Of a stretch of DNA of 64,000 bases, positions 52,461-63,195 are shown piece by piece. The translations under genes and the position numbers were made by a program. Source of the stretch: Candidatus Bathyarchaeota archaeon (GTDB lineage: Archaea > Thermoproteota > Bathyarchaeia > Bathyarchaeales > Bathycorpusculaceae). The stretch spans positions 32,001 through 96,000 of the forward strand of contig CAVTZU010000017.1 in assembly GCA_963739305.1 (NCBI GenBank), written 5' to 3'. Position 1 is the first letter of the stretch; each line of letters starts with the position of its first letter. Below the pieces are notes generated by a model, which did no database searches, was not told the origin of the DNA, and saw only the letters and a program-made list of their open reading frames with translations.

Positions 52461-53564
52461 CTAGGCATCCATGAACTTGCCGTCCTTATAGAATAACTTG
52501 CCATCAGCGTAAATCTCGCCGCCCTTTTTCATGTCCTTAAGAATATCCCAATGCAGAGCTGACTTGTTCAACCCGCCTGTATCAGGAATCGGGTTGAACC
52601 CCAGAGCCATATGAATCGTTCCACCCATCTTCTCATCAAACAACATATGCTTCGTAAACCGGGTAATCTGATAGTTCGTCCCAATCGCAGCCTCACCCAA
52701 TCGATCCGCACCATCAATCTTGAGAAGTTGCTGCAACAGGTCATCACCCTTCCCAGCAGAAGCCTTCACGACTCTGCCATCCTTGAAAGTCAACCTTATG
52801 TCCTCGATCTCTTTACCGTAGAACAAGCCAGGGAAAGTGAATCGAACTGTACCATTCACCGAATTCTCAACTGGCGACGTGAAAACCTCGCCGTCTGGCA
52901 TGTTCTTTTCCCCACAACAATTTATCCACTTCCGACCCTTCACACCGTAAGACAAGTCAGTATCTTCACCCACAATACGAATCGCACTCTTCTGGTTCAA
53001 GAAGTCGCAGATCTTTTGCTGCTCCGCACGAATCTTCTTCCACTCCGCAACAGGATCCTCCTTGTCAACGAGACAGCTCTTGTAAACAAAATCTTCATAC
53101 TCGGGCAACGCCATCTCAGCCTCCTGCGCCATGGCATCAATCGGATACGGAAGCCCACCCCACCTGTATTTTCCCTCAGCCTCCCTCCTGAACAAAGTCT
53201 CAGCAAGCCCACTCCGAGAAGCCTGACGAATCCGCATCTTCTCAGGATTCACACTTGTCAAGCCCTTAGGATTAGGCTCACAGAAAATCCCAATCGAAAC
53301 ATCCATATTCTCAACAATAAACTTCTCAAACGGCGAAACATACTGCAACTGATGCTCCTTTGCCGTCTGATAGAACGTGTACTGAACGTCAAGATTCGGC
53401 AAAATATGCGGATAAGCCTCAGCCAACAAACACTCCCTGTAAAGCTCGTTTATCAACGGGCGCGCAACGTAACTTCCCTGTATCACCACATCTTCCTTAG
53501 GTTGAACGTGCACACTATAAGCTACAAAGAGCTTCGCAAGCTTCCGAATCCTATCGTCGACCAT
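52461..53564 (-). CDS. M29 aminopeptidase (AmpS/AmpT-like)
   Basis: NMPDGEVFTSP, LGEAAIG, LFDEKMGGTIHMALG, SALHWD. Confidence 0.94.
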   Translation of the reverse strand: MVDDRIRKLAKLFVAYSVHVQPKEDVVIQGSYVARPLINELYRECLLAEAYPHILPNLDVQYTFYQTAKEHQLQYVSPFEKFIVENMDVSIGIFCEPNPKGLTSVNPEKMRIRQASRSGLAETLFRREAEGKYRWGGLPYPIDAMAQEAEMALPEYEDFVYKSCLVDKEDPVAEWKKIRAEQQKICDFLNQKSAIRIVGEDTDLSYGVKGRKWINCCGEKNMPDGEVFTSPVENSVNGTVRFTFPGLFYGKEIEDIRLTFKDGRVVKASAGKGDDLLQQLLKIDGADRLGEAAIGTNYQITRFTKHMLFDEKMGGTIHMALGFNPIPDTGGLNKSALHWDILKDMKKGGEIYADGKLFYKDGKFMDA

Positions 53565-53722
53565 AACATACACCTTTTGTAGCAATTTTTATGGTAGAAG
53601 CATGCTTAAAACCTTGCCGTCGCAATCATCACACCTTTACAGCAAAGTGGAACGTCATAGCCCGAAACGTCGAGATTAAGCAGTTGACAACCCTTTTTAC
53701 CCGATGAAGAGTGACTATCTGA

Positions 53723-55645
53723 ATGAAAGGAGAGAATCAACCAGACATGTCATCACTGAGCAGCACGATCAGAAGGACCAGCGACGTTCTCAGACTGGGT
53801 GCATCCTCCCAAGTCTCTGACTACGAACAGCGATTCTCATCCCTGAGAAACCTCTACGATGATCTACTTTCAAATTTCGTCAGGACAAAATTCGATCGCG
53901 AAAAAGCATACGAAACTGCAAAAGAATTCTTCGGCACCACAGCCATCCGCTTTGCGGGCATCGACGGAACGATGTACTCCCGTCCCTTGTTTGATCTCGT
54001 CATCTTCTTCGGAGGCGCCTATGCATCAACAGGCACAATCACCCTGCAGCAAAAAGACCCGCCTCAAGTGGATTACGACGCAAAGACAATCCAGCAAGCC
54101 GCCGGAATATCAAGCGTCGTCCCAATATACGTCAACGAAATCCCCGAAGTAGACCACGCTTTCTATGAAAGCCAAGAGGCAGGAGCTATCAACCCAGACA
54201 AATCTCTGACCGACCAATCGATCATCAACAACGCAACAATTTCGAACTGGATAATGACCTTCGCCGAATTCTACCTCGCATACAAACTGGTTACCGAAAA
54301 AACACAGAACTTCCAACTAGTACTGCTGGACAGGAGCCTATCGATCGAACGAGCAAGCCTCATCTACGACACCGCAAAACGCGAGCTGTGGAAAACAAGA
54401 AGCAGTCTAGTTGGCTATCGAATTGACGACGATGAAGCGTTCGACGTCAACGATTTCACGATCGCACGGCAATCCGTCCTCAACGAAGCATTAGGCCTAC
54501 CACCTCCACGCGGTGACTACCTGGGACACGCCATCATTCAAGCGGTCAAAACGAAAGGGCTTTTGAGCGAGAAGCAGATTCTGACTGAACTCGGCATAGA
54601 GGACGAAAAAAGGACGAAGAGAGTCAATCGGCTTATCAAGCGTTCTCTGGATTCGGGAATTCTGACTGAAGAGAACGAAGCTTTCTGCCTGAGCCGGAAA
54701 TACTGCAACGTGCTCGAACGTATTAGGAGGCTTGTCACCACAATCGGGGACAGATTCTTCACCGACAATGCAGTGGCCAAAACGTCGAGCGTCATGAAAA
54801 TCTTAAGGGACGGAAAGGAACAGTGGCTTACGACCGTGGACATCGCCTTCCTTACACTGTTTACTTTACACTTGCTCATGGATGAATGCTGGAAAAGACA
54901 CATTCTGCTCATAGGAATGACTAAGGACACGGCGGCGAGAGATTTCAAACGGCAACTAATACCGATAATGCACAACGAAGGGCTACTAGAAACATCTATC
55001 TCAAAAGTCGATTTTGACAAACTGCCGAACACGGACCGGATGATTCTCCAGTCCATGAGCATTCTGAACCCCAGCAAGATCGAACCGCCGTGGAGCCTTG
55101 TTGAGTACGATTCAGCTTTCAGAACGATGGTTGCTGATCCCCAGACTCGCACAGGATTCGTCTCTGGTGCGATAAAGAACCGAATCGGGCTCGAGAAGAC
55201 TTTTGTCAAGACTTACGTTCAATTGAGCCAGGCCAAATCTGACCCGATTCTTCGCAGCAACGTACTACTGATTGACAGGCTGGTCTATCCCGAATATGAC
55301 TGTGAACCCGAAAGCGTCGCTGAATTCTGGAACGAGTTCGGAGGCGCAAAAGAGCCGCTACAAGTCATACTCTTCAAGAACAAAGAAGTCCCGAACAAAC
55401 TCCAAGAAATGATAATGACCATGCTGACGGCGATGGCGCCTTCAAGCATACCTGAAGCATTTGGACACAACAAACCGCTGTTCGTGGCAGACAAAATAGC
55501 AAAATGGAACTATGGCCAATTCAAACTCGTCGTAGACACAACAGCAGACTGGATACTCAATAATCATAAATTAAGAAAGTTCGTATTCTACATGAGCACG
55601 TTCAGGGAAAGGAGAGCTTCCGTTGAAGCAGCAAGAAGAGAGTAG
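53723..55645 (+). CDS. Large NurA-like nuclease with internal winged-helix insertion
   Basis: FAGIDGT, LLDRSL, IGMTKD, GHNKPLFVADKIAK; insert LLSEKQILTELGI..VNRLIKRSLDSGILTE. Confidence 0.75.
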   Translation: MKGENQPDMSSLSSTIRRTSDVLRLGASSQVSDYEQRFSSLRNLYDDLLSNFVRTKFDREKAYETAKEFFGTTAIRFAGIDGTMYSRPLFDLVIFFGGAYASTGTITLQQKDPPQVDYDAKTIQQAAGISSVVPIYVNEIPEVDHAFYESQEAGAINPDKSLTDQSIINNATISNWIMTFAEFYLAYKLVTEKTQNFQLVLLDRSLSIERASLIYDTAKRELWKTRSSLVGYRIDDDEAFDVNDFTIARQSVLNEALGLPPPRGDYLGHAIIQAVKTKGLLSEKQILTELGIEDEKRTKRVNRLIKRSLDSGILTEENEAFCLSRKYCNVLERIRRLVTTIGDRFFTDNAVAKTSSVMKILRDGKEQWLTTVDIAFLTLFTLHLLMDECWKRHILLIGMTKDTAARDFKRQLIPIMHNEGLLETSISKVDFDKLPNTDRMILQSMSILNPSKIEPPWSLVEYDSAFRTMVADPQTRTGFVSGAIKNRIGLEKTFVKTYVQLSQAKSDPILRSNVLLIDRLVYPEYDCEPESVAEFWNEFGGAKEPLQVILFKNKEVPNKLQEMIMTMLTAMAPSSIPEAFGHNKPLFVADKIAKWNYGQFKLVVDTTADWILNNHKLRKFVFYMSTFRERRASVEAARRE

Positions 55646-57500
55646 ATTCAACGACGAGTGTTTCACTAGCTTCGAAAACAGGTTCAACGCGAGACTTGCA
55701 GCCGTGATCCCAAGATTCTTCGCCACGACAGGAGACACCAACCTTGCAGGAACAGGCGCGCGTTACCAGTGTCGAATCAAGGTCGAGTACCAGAAAGACT
55801 TGATGGCATTGCTCGAAGAGGGCATGCTTCTGGCAGTCAAGAACTTCAAACAAGCTGAAGGGAACTTGGAAAGGTACACGCTCATGGAGATCAGCCGAGT
55901 TTGGCCTGAACATTTCGGTTTACGCGGATTGTCCGATCACGGCTACTATCCCATGCAGTTTGAGATCATCGAACAATCTGAGGAAGACTGGCAGACGAAC
56001 GACCGAACCACGATGATGATTCAGATAGACGCCGTGCCCATAAACTATGACCTGATTCTCGACGAAAACTGCGATTTCAAGTTCGTCAAAGGCTTCTCGT
56101 ACCCTATTGCAGGCTGTCCGTGCTACGTTCTGAACAGCAAGATGATAAACCGCATATACAACCAGAAAATAGCCGAGAAACTCGGAGCAGACACCAGCAA
56201 AACGGTCGAAGACGCCAAAGCGGACCCCCGGCTGGGCTTAATCAAGATGTTCGAAGCAAGCAAGACTGCCATACCGATCTATGTTGATTTTGAGAAGCTG
56301 GTGCGTTACCACTTCGGAGTTTTCGCGTTCACTGGCGGCGGGAAGAGCAACTTGATGTCGAACACGTTGCGAAGGCTGCTGCTTCACGCAAAAAGCACAA
56401 AGATAGTGATTTTTGATATCAGCTGCGAATACATGTTCCTCCTCTTAGACGTTCTAGCCGATCCAAACGTGCAGGCAAAGGTCATTCTTGAGAACAGAAT
56501 CGATTCATTGCAGCAGCTGTTCGATTCAGCTGTGAAACCCCGAGAATACGAGAATGATGAAAGAACCAAGGTTGGACTCAAGGCGATAATGCATCAGAAC
56601 AAGCTTGCCTATTACATTAAACCGAAGCAACTCGTGCCAACTTTCACTCAGTTTCTCGAAGAGCTTGATGCTCAAAGAGGAGGTTCAGCTGACAAGCCTC
56701 ATTACATGAACGCGATCGACAGGATACATGAAGCGATACGCGACTATATGGAAAAACACGGCCAAGGTGAAAACGAAGAGGTGAGCGAGGACTTCGTCAA
56801 CCAAATCCACGAAGTCGCCTGTGAAGCGGTTGAACAATTCAAAGTTCACGACAAGAGCAGCCTCTACGGTTGGGCAACCACGCGAAGTCAGGTTCTTGAC
56901 ACTATCAAAAAGAACCGTGAAAGAGAGACGCGACCAACTAGCGGGTTGACCGTTGAACAAATTAGAGAACTGCTTGAGGACAAAACCACAAACCTCGTTT
57001 GCATATCAATTTCAGACCCGTACACGATAAAAGACTTGGCCATAAACCTGACACAGGATATTCTGGCTCACAGAAAACACAAGTTCACGGTGAAACCTTA
57101 CATCCTGCTGGTGTTCGACGAGGCACAAGAGTTCATCCCAAGCAACGGATCAGGGATCGAAGCGAAATGCTCCAGCCACGTCGAGACGCTGCTGAGACAA
57201 GGAAGGAAATATGGCCTGGGCGTGTGCATAGCCACGCAGCGCATCGCCTACCTGAACACGAACGCTCTTCAACAGATTCACACATACTTCGTCGGAACGC
57301 TGCCACGTCCCTACGATCGTCAACTTGTCAGCGACACTTTCATGATCGACAAGAACATACTTGAGAAGACCCTAGAATTTGCCCCCGGAGAATGGTTGCT
57401 TTCAAGCTACATCGCCACGGGCATGGAAAACGTGCCAATCTTCATAAAAGCAGACAACGCCGAAAAAGAAATTGAAAAATACCTCAAGAGACCTGCCTAA
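55623..57500 (+). CDS. HerA/DUF87-family ATPase
   Basis: HFGVFAFTGGGKS, IFDISCEY, VFDEAQEF, RQGRKYGLG..ATQR. Confidence 0.9.
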   Translation: MKQQEESRFNDECFTSFENRFNARLAAVIPRFFATTGDTNLAGTGARYQCRIKVEYQKDLMALLEEGMLLAVKNFKQAEGNLERYTLMEISRVWPEHFGLRGLSDHGYYPMQFEIIEQSEEDWQTNDRTTMMIQIDAVPINYDLILDENCDFKFVKGFSYPIAGCPCYVLNSKMINRIYNQKIAEKLGADTSKTVEDAKADPRLGLIKMFEASKTAIPIYVDFEKLVRYHFGVFAFTGGGKSNLMSNTLRRLLLHAKSTKIVIFDISCEYMFLLLDVLADPNVQAKVILENRIDSLQQLFDSAVKPREYENDERTKVGLKAIMHQNKLAYYIKPKQLVPTFTQFLEELDAQRGGSADKPHYMNAIDRIHEAIRDYMEKHGQGENEEVSEDFVNQIHEVACEAVEQFKVHDKSSLYGWATTRSQVLDTIKKNRERETRPTSGLTVEQIRELLEDKTTNLVCISISDPYTIKDLAINLTQDILAHRKHKFTVKPYILLVFDEAQEFIPSNGSGIEAKCSSHVETLLRQGRKYGLGVCIATQRIAYLNTNALQQIHTYFVGTLPRPYDRQLVSDTFMIDKNILEKTLEFAPGEWLLSSYIATGMENVPIFIKADNAEKEIEKYLKRPA

Positions 57501-57542
57501 AGCTCGCTTGATACTTTCGGTTCAATGGCTATTGTTTTGTGC

Positions 57543-58331
57543 TTAGATCTTTTGCCCTCGCACGAGCAAGTATTGCCTGAAGGGCTTATAACCTACCTTC
57601 GAATAGACGCGCATCGCAGGAGCGTTGTGTTTTAGCACGTGTATCAAAGCAGGTGGAGATCTGTTCAAAATCTCCCGAACTAGACTTGAGACGATCGTGG
57701 TCGCGTACCCCATGTTCCTAAAACGTTCGTCAGTCGCGATGACGCCTATATTGCTTCCTAGACTGTCGAAACGAGCGTTGCCGATGGAAACGATCTTTCC
57801 CTCGCGCCTTATTCCAACATAATAAGTGGTTTCCAGCGAATCCTTTCTGTCCGCGGCCGTAATGTTTCCCCACCATACAGGATCAGCTTTTCTCATTAAC
57901 CCTGCAACTTCCTCCGCATCTTCAGGTCCAAGCCTCACTGTTTCGTCCTTAATCTGAAGTTTCTCGTCTCCTTTCTTCAAGGCCATGAGAACGAGATCGT
58001 ATCTGATAAGCGGAGTGAACTTTTTCATTATGAGATCTTCACAGTCTGGAGGAGCCTGCAGCTCAACTCTCTCGAAGCTAACACGCTCAAGCAGTTTCTC
58101 TACAGCCTTGCGCTTTCCGCGGAGCTGCACGATGCGATCCGCGTACGTCAGCATCAATCCTTGAACCTTATCTTCTTCTATCGCAAGCAAGATTTTCGTT
58201 TGTTCGGGCTGCTGTTTCAGGTCGAGAATGAAAAAATAGTAGTCCAATGGATCTTGGCTGACATGGTTCCAGAAAGTTTGCTCATAACCATCGTTCAAAG
58301 AAACTATTTTCAGGTTGTCCTGCGTTCTCAT
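57543..58331 (-). CDS. GNAT acetyltransferase (FR47-like C-terminus)
   Basis: IATDERFRNMGYA..NAPAMRVYSKVGY. Confidence 0.87.
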   Translation of the reverse strand: MRTQDNLKIVSLNDGYEQTFWNHVSQDPLDYYFFILDLKQQPEQTKILLAIEEDKVQGLMLTYADRIVQLRGKRKAVEKLLERVSFERVELQAPPDCEDLIMKKFTPLIRYDLVLMALKKGDEKLQIKDETVRLGPEDAEEVAGLMRKADPVWWGNITAADRKDSLETTYYVGIRREGKIVSIGNARFDSLGSNIGVIATDERFRNMGYATTIVSSLVREILNRSPPALIHVLKHNAPAMRVYSKVGYKPFRQYLLVRGQKI

Positions 58332-58363
58332 TTTCGACAGATTTAAGGATAAAGAGAGGGTTT

Positions 58364-59347
58364 TTATTTAGGTTGTGCAGGCGTTGTTACGTTGCATTTC
58401 TTAAGAAGGCGATTCCATTTTTCGTCTGTTCGCCTCTGGATATCTTCAAGCATTTTCTCATATTTCGGAGTGAAGAGGTGTCTGAATCGTCCTTGAGTCT
58501 GGAGATACTCTTTCACTGGTTTCTTCTTCTGCGGTGCTAGTGCCAGGACTTTGCTCGGCGTCGATAGTTGGTAGTCGCCGTTTATGGCTTCCCACAACGG
58601 GAAGACGCATGTTTCAACGGCTAATCTTGAGAGTTCTATTGACTTTGAAGGTTCGCTTCGCCATCCTCGTGGGCAGGGTGCAAACACGTGCAGAAACGCT
58701 GGGCCGTCCACTTCGATGCCCTTTCTAGCCTTCATTATCAAATCCTTCCAGTAGTAAGGCGAAGCCGTCGCGACGTAGGGCATGTCGTGAGCTACCATGA
58801 TGTCTGCGATAGGTTTCTTCTGTTCAAGCTTCCCTGGAACGACTTTGCCAGCCTGTGACGTCGTGGTTGATGCTCCATATGGTGTGCCTCCGCTTCTTTG
58901 AATGCCCGTGTTCATGTACGCCTCGTTATCGTAGAGTACAAACAGGAAGTCGTGTCCTCTTTCAACAGCGCCGGAGAGCGCCTGTATGCCAATGTCGTAT
59001 GTTCCCCCGTCTCCTGCGAAGGCGATCACGTCGACCTGCTGGTTCTTTATCCTTCCCTTCTTCTTCATTATCTTCAGAGCAGCTTCGATTCCAGAAGCGT
59101 TTGAGCCGGCTGTTTCAAAGGCTGTATGTATCCATGGTGTCGCCCACGATGTGTACGGATATATCGTTGATGAGACTTCCATGCATCCCGTCGCGTTTGT
59201 TACTATCGTGGGTCCTCGGGTGGCTTTCATGATCAGTCTCAGCACGGTTGCCGGTGCGCATCCGGCGCAGGCACGGTGTCCTGACAGGAAAAGGTCTGGT
59301 TTTTCAGCGATGTCTTTTGCTGTGAATTTTCCTTGAGAGATTTCCAT
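58364..59347 (-). CDS. porB: 2-oxoacid (pyruvate):ferredoxin oxidoreductase beta subunit
   Basis: GHRACAGC, TGCME, GDGGTYDIG, YDNEAYMNTGIQRS, PCPRGW. Confidence 0.95.
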   Translation of the reverse strand: MEISQGKFTAKDIAEKPDLFLSGHRACAGCAPATVLRLIMKATRGPTIVTNATGCMEVSSTIYPYTSWATPWIHTAFETAGSNASGIEAALKIMKKKGRIKNQQVDVIAFAGDGGTYDIGIQALSGAVERGHDFLFVLYDNEAYMNTGIQRSGGTPYGASTTTSQAGKVVPGKLEQKKPIADIMVAHDMPYVATASPYYWKDLIMKARKGIEVDGPAFLHVFAPCPRGWRSEPSKSIELSRLAVETCVFPLWEAINGDYQLSTPSKVLALAPQKKKPVKEYLQTQGRFRHLFTPKYEKMLEDIQRRTDEKWNRLLKKCNVTTPAQPK

Positions 59348-59366
59348 TTCATTATTCCTCCTTTTT

Positions 59367-60599
59367 TCACTCCCTCAACCCAAGATAATGTATCAAGGTT
59401 TCGACGTGTTTGGTCTGTGAGATTTTCTGCAGTTCTTCGAAAACTTGCCGGATTTGGGTTGGGCTTGTGTCTCTTCCTCCCAATCCATAGATGTAATCAA
59501 CCACGTAAGGTCGGTTTGCGGAATCGTAGAGGGCGTGGCGGACTTCGTGGAAGACTGCTCCGCCTCTGCCGCCGAAGCTCATGCTTTTGTCCATGACGGC
59601 TACTGCTTTTGTTTTTTGAAGTGCTTTTGCCATTGCCTCCGCTGGGAATGGTCTGTAGGTGCGAATTCTGAGCAGTCCAGCCTTGATGCCCTCCTCTCTT
59701 AACTCGTCTACAACCGCTTTTGCAGTTCCAGCCGTTGAACCTAGGCAGACGATGGCCGTTTCGGCGTCATCTAGCCTATAGCACTCAAGCAAGCCATCAC
59801 CATACTTTCGTCCCGTCAACTCGGCGTACTCATCGTGGATTGCCTGAATTACCCCAGTTGCGTTCTTCATTGCTTCTTCTTGTTGTCTCTTGAACTCAAA
59901 ATAGTAGTTCGGCAAAGCAACAGGCCCCAAAGTCAAAGGCATTTCTGGGTCAAGCTTGAACGGGACCGTTTTGCCTTCGTGAGTAAGCACAACTGGAAAT
60001 TGCCGGAGTTTCACGAACCCCTTGACGACGTCGTCAGGAAGGACAAGCACGTTGTCAAGCGTATGGCTTAGTGTGAAACCGTCCAACCCTACCATCACTG
60101 GCAACTGCACGTCCAGGTGCTCTCCGATCCTGAATGACTGAATTATGGAATCGTAGACTTCCTGTGCGTTTTCAGCATAGATCTGTATCCATCCGCTGTC
60201 TCGCTCAGCTATGGCGTCGGAGTGGTCGCCGTGGATGTTCAGAGGCGCCGACAAAGCTCGGTTTGCTACTGCCATCACAACTGGCGCGCGGCAGCCTGAT
60301 GTCACAAAAAGCATTTCATGCATTAGTGCTAGTCCGGCTGATGCTGTAGCAGTGAACACTCGAGCGCCTGTGGCTGATGCTGCAAGGCATGCCGCCATGG
60401 CGCTGTGTTCTGATTCTGTGCAAACGTATTCTGTTTCTACTTCACCGTTAGCCACATACTCGCTTAATTTCTCAACAATTATTGTTTGAGGAGTTATGGG
60501 GTAAGCTGCGACAACGTCGACGTCAGACTGTTTCACGGCCAAGGCGACGGCTTCGTCTCCGTTCAATGCTTGAGTTTCCTGTTTCAAAGTGCTCTTCAT
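59367..60599 (-). CDS. porA: 2-oxoacid (pyruvate):ferredoxin oxidoreductase alpha subunit
   Basis: AAYPITPQT, ESEHSA, NRALSAP, DGFTLSH, GLGGRD. Confidence 0.95.
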   Translation of the reverse strand: MKSTLKQETQALNGDEAVALAVKQSDVDVVAAYPITPQTIIVEKLSEYVANGEVETEYVCTESEHSAMAACLAASATGARVFTATASAGLALMHEMLFVTSGCRAPVVMAVANRALSAPLNIHGDHSDAIAERDSGWIQIYAENAQEVYDSIIQSFRIGEHLDVQLPVMVGLDGFTLSHTLDNVLVLPDDVVKGFVKLRQFPVVLTHEGKTVPFKLDPEMPLTLGPVALPNYYFEFKRQQEEAMKNATGVIQAIHDEYAELTGRKYGDGLLECYRLDDAETAIVCLGSTAGTAKAVVDELREEGIKAGLLRIRTYRPFPAEAMAKALQKTKAVAVMDKSMSFGGRGGAVFHEVRHALYDSANRPYVVDYIYGLGGRDTSPTQIRQVFEELQKISQTKHVETLIHYLGLRE

Positions 60600-60611
60600 T
60601 CTTGTATGCTC

Positions 60612-60890
60612 CTATTCAATTTTCATGACGATCGCTTTCGTCGGGCACTCGTTGGCGCATATTCCACAGCCCTTACAGAAATTGAGGTCAAACTCGATGT
60701 CCCCTTTTTTCGTGTCCCAGTGTATCGCGCCGTCCGGACAGTAGATCGCGCACTGCAGGCATTTGGTGCATTTTTCCACGTCTCTAACCGGGGCGAAAGA
60801 TTTCCAGTCTCCCGTCAGATAAGTGGAACTGCTCTTCCAGCACACTCCGGCCAAGGGGATCTCTTTCCATGACTTATCCTTCTGGCTCAT
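60612..60890 (-). CDS. porD: 2-oxoacid:ferredoxin oxidoreductase delta subunit (2x[4Fe-4S])
   Basis: TGDW, CTKCLQCAIYCP, CKGCGICANECP. Confidence 0.95.
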   Translation of the reverse strand: MSQKDKSWKEIPLAGVCWKSSSTYLTGDWKSFAPVRDVEKCTKCLQCAIYCPDGAIHWDTKKGDIEFDLNFCKGCGICANECPTKAIVMKIE

Positions 60891-61450
60891 TCAGATTTTA
60901 CCTCCTGATAAGCTTCCTTCACAACGGCAAAGTTTTTCTCTGCAACGTCAGGTCGGAAACGTACTTTAATCATCTTCTCAATAGTCTCAAGCTTCACTGT
61001 TCCCGTCACGCGTGCCACAGCTCCGAGCATGGCAGTGTTGGTTATCGCCATTCCCAAGATTCTCATGGAAATTTCCGATGCAGGGACCGTCCAGACTTTC
61101 CCTTTTTCGGTGCCAAGCATTTTTCTGATTTCTGCAGGGTTCTCTTTCGTGCTTACTATGATATTTCCTCCTTCATCGCTCAGACCGTCTGCGACCTTGA
61201 CGGACTTGAGCAAAGTGGAATCTAGAACTGCAACGACGTCTGGGTTGTACACCGCACAGTGTATTCTGATCGGCTCAGTGCTTATTCTCGTGAAAGCCGT
61301 TACGGGGGCACCCATTCTCTCTGGGCCAAACTCTGGGAAAGATTGTATATATTTTCCTTCGGCGATGGCTGCCCGCGCGAAAAGTTCGCTTGCGGTCCAA
61401 GCTCCTTGACCGCCTCTGCCGTGCCATCTTACCTCCAGGATTTTCTTCAA
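60887..61450 (-). CDS. porG: 2-oxoacid:ferredoxin oxidoreductase gamma subunit
   Basis: RWHGRGGQGA, FPEFGPERMGAPV, NTAMLGA. Confidence 0.95.
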   Translation of the reverse strand: MKKILEVRWHGRGGQGAWTASELFARAAIAEGKYIQSFPEFGPERMGAPVTAFTRISTEPIRIHCAVYNPDVVAVLDSTLLKSVKVADGLSDEGGNIIVSTKENPAEIRKMLGTEKGKVWTVPASEISMRILGMAITNTAMLGAVARVTGTVKLETIEKMIKVRFRPDVAEKNFAVVKEAYQEVKSE

Positions 61451-61587
61451 TGCAGTTATCTCCAGTGGTCTTTCACCCTTCTTGAAGAACCGAAGATATA
61501 CATCTTTCTAGGTGAAAAACGAAAAAGTAAAGTGCTAAGAACATCCTTCGTCTAAGCGTTGATTGTGTCCAGTGCGGGGGGCTAATA

Positions 61588-63066
61588 TTGGAAAATGACG
61601 TGGTGCTCACTGCCGACAGCACCTTGATGAGCGACTACCGAAAGAACGAATTTCTAGGTTTTGGTACGTGTGCTCCGTCAAACTTTCTGCCTGACTTCAT
61701 GTTTCGTAGGCTGTTTTTCCCACCGATCAAAACGGAGGATGGAAAGCCACTTTCAGCTCCTTACGGTTTGAGAATCGTTGAGGCACAACTCGTGAAGGAA
61801 GGCTTCAACGTTACAACAGTCACACCGGAACATCTGGGATCGTATGTGCCTAAGGCGAAGGTGCTTGGAATACACGTAATGGACCCTTTCGGTTTGGGTC
61901 CGGCATCGAGCACTCTCGCGTCGATTCTTGCAAAAGAGCCTTTCTTGGCGCAGTATTTCCGAAGGCTGTTTGAACTACCGAAAGTCAAGGAAGCAAAAAA
62001 GCGAGGCATGAAGATAATCGTCGGGGGTCCTGGAGTCTGGCAACTCAACTACAGGCCGAACTTCGTTGAAAAGCATGGAATAGACTGTATCATAGAAGGA
62101 GAAGCTGAGAAGGTTGTCGGCAAGATCTTCAAGGCTGCGATAAATGGTGAGCAATTGCCCCAAACCTACGAGGTCAAGGTTGATGAATCACCATTGATCG
62201 AAGAGATTCCCAACATAGTGAATCCGTCTGTTAACGGCTTGGTTGAGATCGGCCGCGGATGTTGTAGAGGATGCAAATTCTGCAGCGTCACGTTAAGACC
62301 GCTACGCTGGTTCCCAATTGAGAGAATTCTGAACGACGTCGATGTGAACCTTCAAGGTGGAAACCGAGGAGTCATCCTCCATGAAGATGACGTCATGCTC
62401 TACGGCTCGAACACCACTCTTCCAAACGACGAAAAGCTTCTTAATCTGCATGAGGTGGTAAGCAAAAAATGCGACGGAATAACCTGGAGTCATTGCTCAT
62501 TGGCTGCTGTTGCGGCTAAGCCTCAACTCTTTGCAAAAGTTGCAGAAATCATCAGGCAGAAACAACCATGGTGGGGCGTCGAGATTGGTTTGGAAACAGG
62601 CTCCGCGACGCTCGCCGCCAAGATCATGCCCGCGAAGGCTCACCCGTTCAAGCCTGAAGAGTGGCCTGAAGTTGCTCGCAACGGGATGGGATTGATGCAC
62701 GACAACATGCTCGTTCCTGCGTGCACTCTCATCGTTGGTGTCCCGGAAGAAACTGAGGACGATATTCTCAAAACAATGGAGCTAATCGACGACGTGAAAG
62801 ATTGCCGAAGCCTGATCGTTCCCTTATTCTTCGTCCCGATGGGCAGGTTAAAGGATGAAGACTGGTTCAAGGACACGAAGATGACTAAAGCACATGAAGA
62901 ATTAATGGTAAAATGCGTAGAACACGACTTCCGATGGGTCGACGACCTGATCCGCATATCTTTCTCAGAAGGCTGGAAAAGCCATATCATCAGGCCGTTC
63001 TTCAAGCTCTTTACAGGCCTAGCCAAGTACAAGATCAAGCAAGCCGGAATCAACGCAAAGATATAG
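61588..63066 (+). CDS. Radical SAM protein with N-terminal B12-binding-like domain
   Basis: APYGLRIVEA, IIVGGPG, IEGEAE, GRGCCRGCKFC. Confidence 0.88.
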   Translation: MENDVVLTADSTLMSDYRKNEFLGFGTCAPSNFLPDFMFRRLFFPPIKTEDGKPLSAPYGLRIVEAQLVKEGFNVTTVTPEHLGSYVPKAKVLGIHVMDPFGLGPASSTLASILAKEPFLAQYFRRLFELPKVKEAKKRGMKIIVGGPGVWQLNYRPNFVEKHGIDCIIEGEAEKVVGKIFKAAINGEQLPQTYEVKVDESPLIEEIPNIVNPSVNGLVEIGRGCCRGCKFCSVTLRPLRWFPIERILNDVDVNLQGGNRGVILHEDDVMLYGSNTTLPNDEKLLNLHEVVSKKCDGITWSHCSLAAVAAKPQLFAKVAEIIRQKQPWWGVEIGLETGSATLAAKIMPAKAHPFKPEEWPEVARNGMGLMHDNMLVPACTLIVGVPEETEDDILKTMELIDDVKDCRSLIVPLFFVPMGRLKDEDWFKDTKMTKAHEELMVKCVEHDFRWVDDLIRISFSEGWKSHIIRPFFKLFTGLAKYKIKQAGINAKI

Positions 63067-63118
63067 ACAACTAACCTTAAATACCTCAGAAAGCCCACAA
63101 CCTTTGTCTCGTAATGAT

Positions 63119-63195
63119 GCCGCCGTAGCTCAGCCAGGTAGAGCGGCTGGCTGTTAACCAGTCGGTCAAAGGTTCAAGTCCTTTCGGCGGCGCCA
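63119..63195 (+). tRNA. tRNA-Asn(GTT)
   Basis: GCCGCCG..CGGCGGC-G-CCA, anticodon loop CTGTTAA, GGTTCAAGTCC; TTAAATA promoter upstream. Confidence 0.97.

Noticed and set aside
52611-53582. 323-aa antisense ORF opposite the M29 aminopeptidase
   Set aside because: A shadow frame with no recognisable motifs, explained by the strong G/T codon bias of the real gene.
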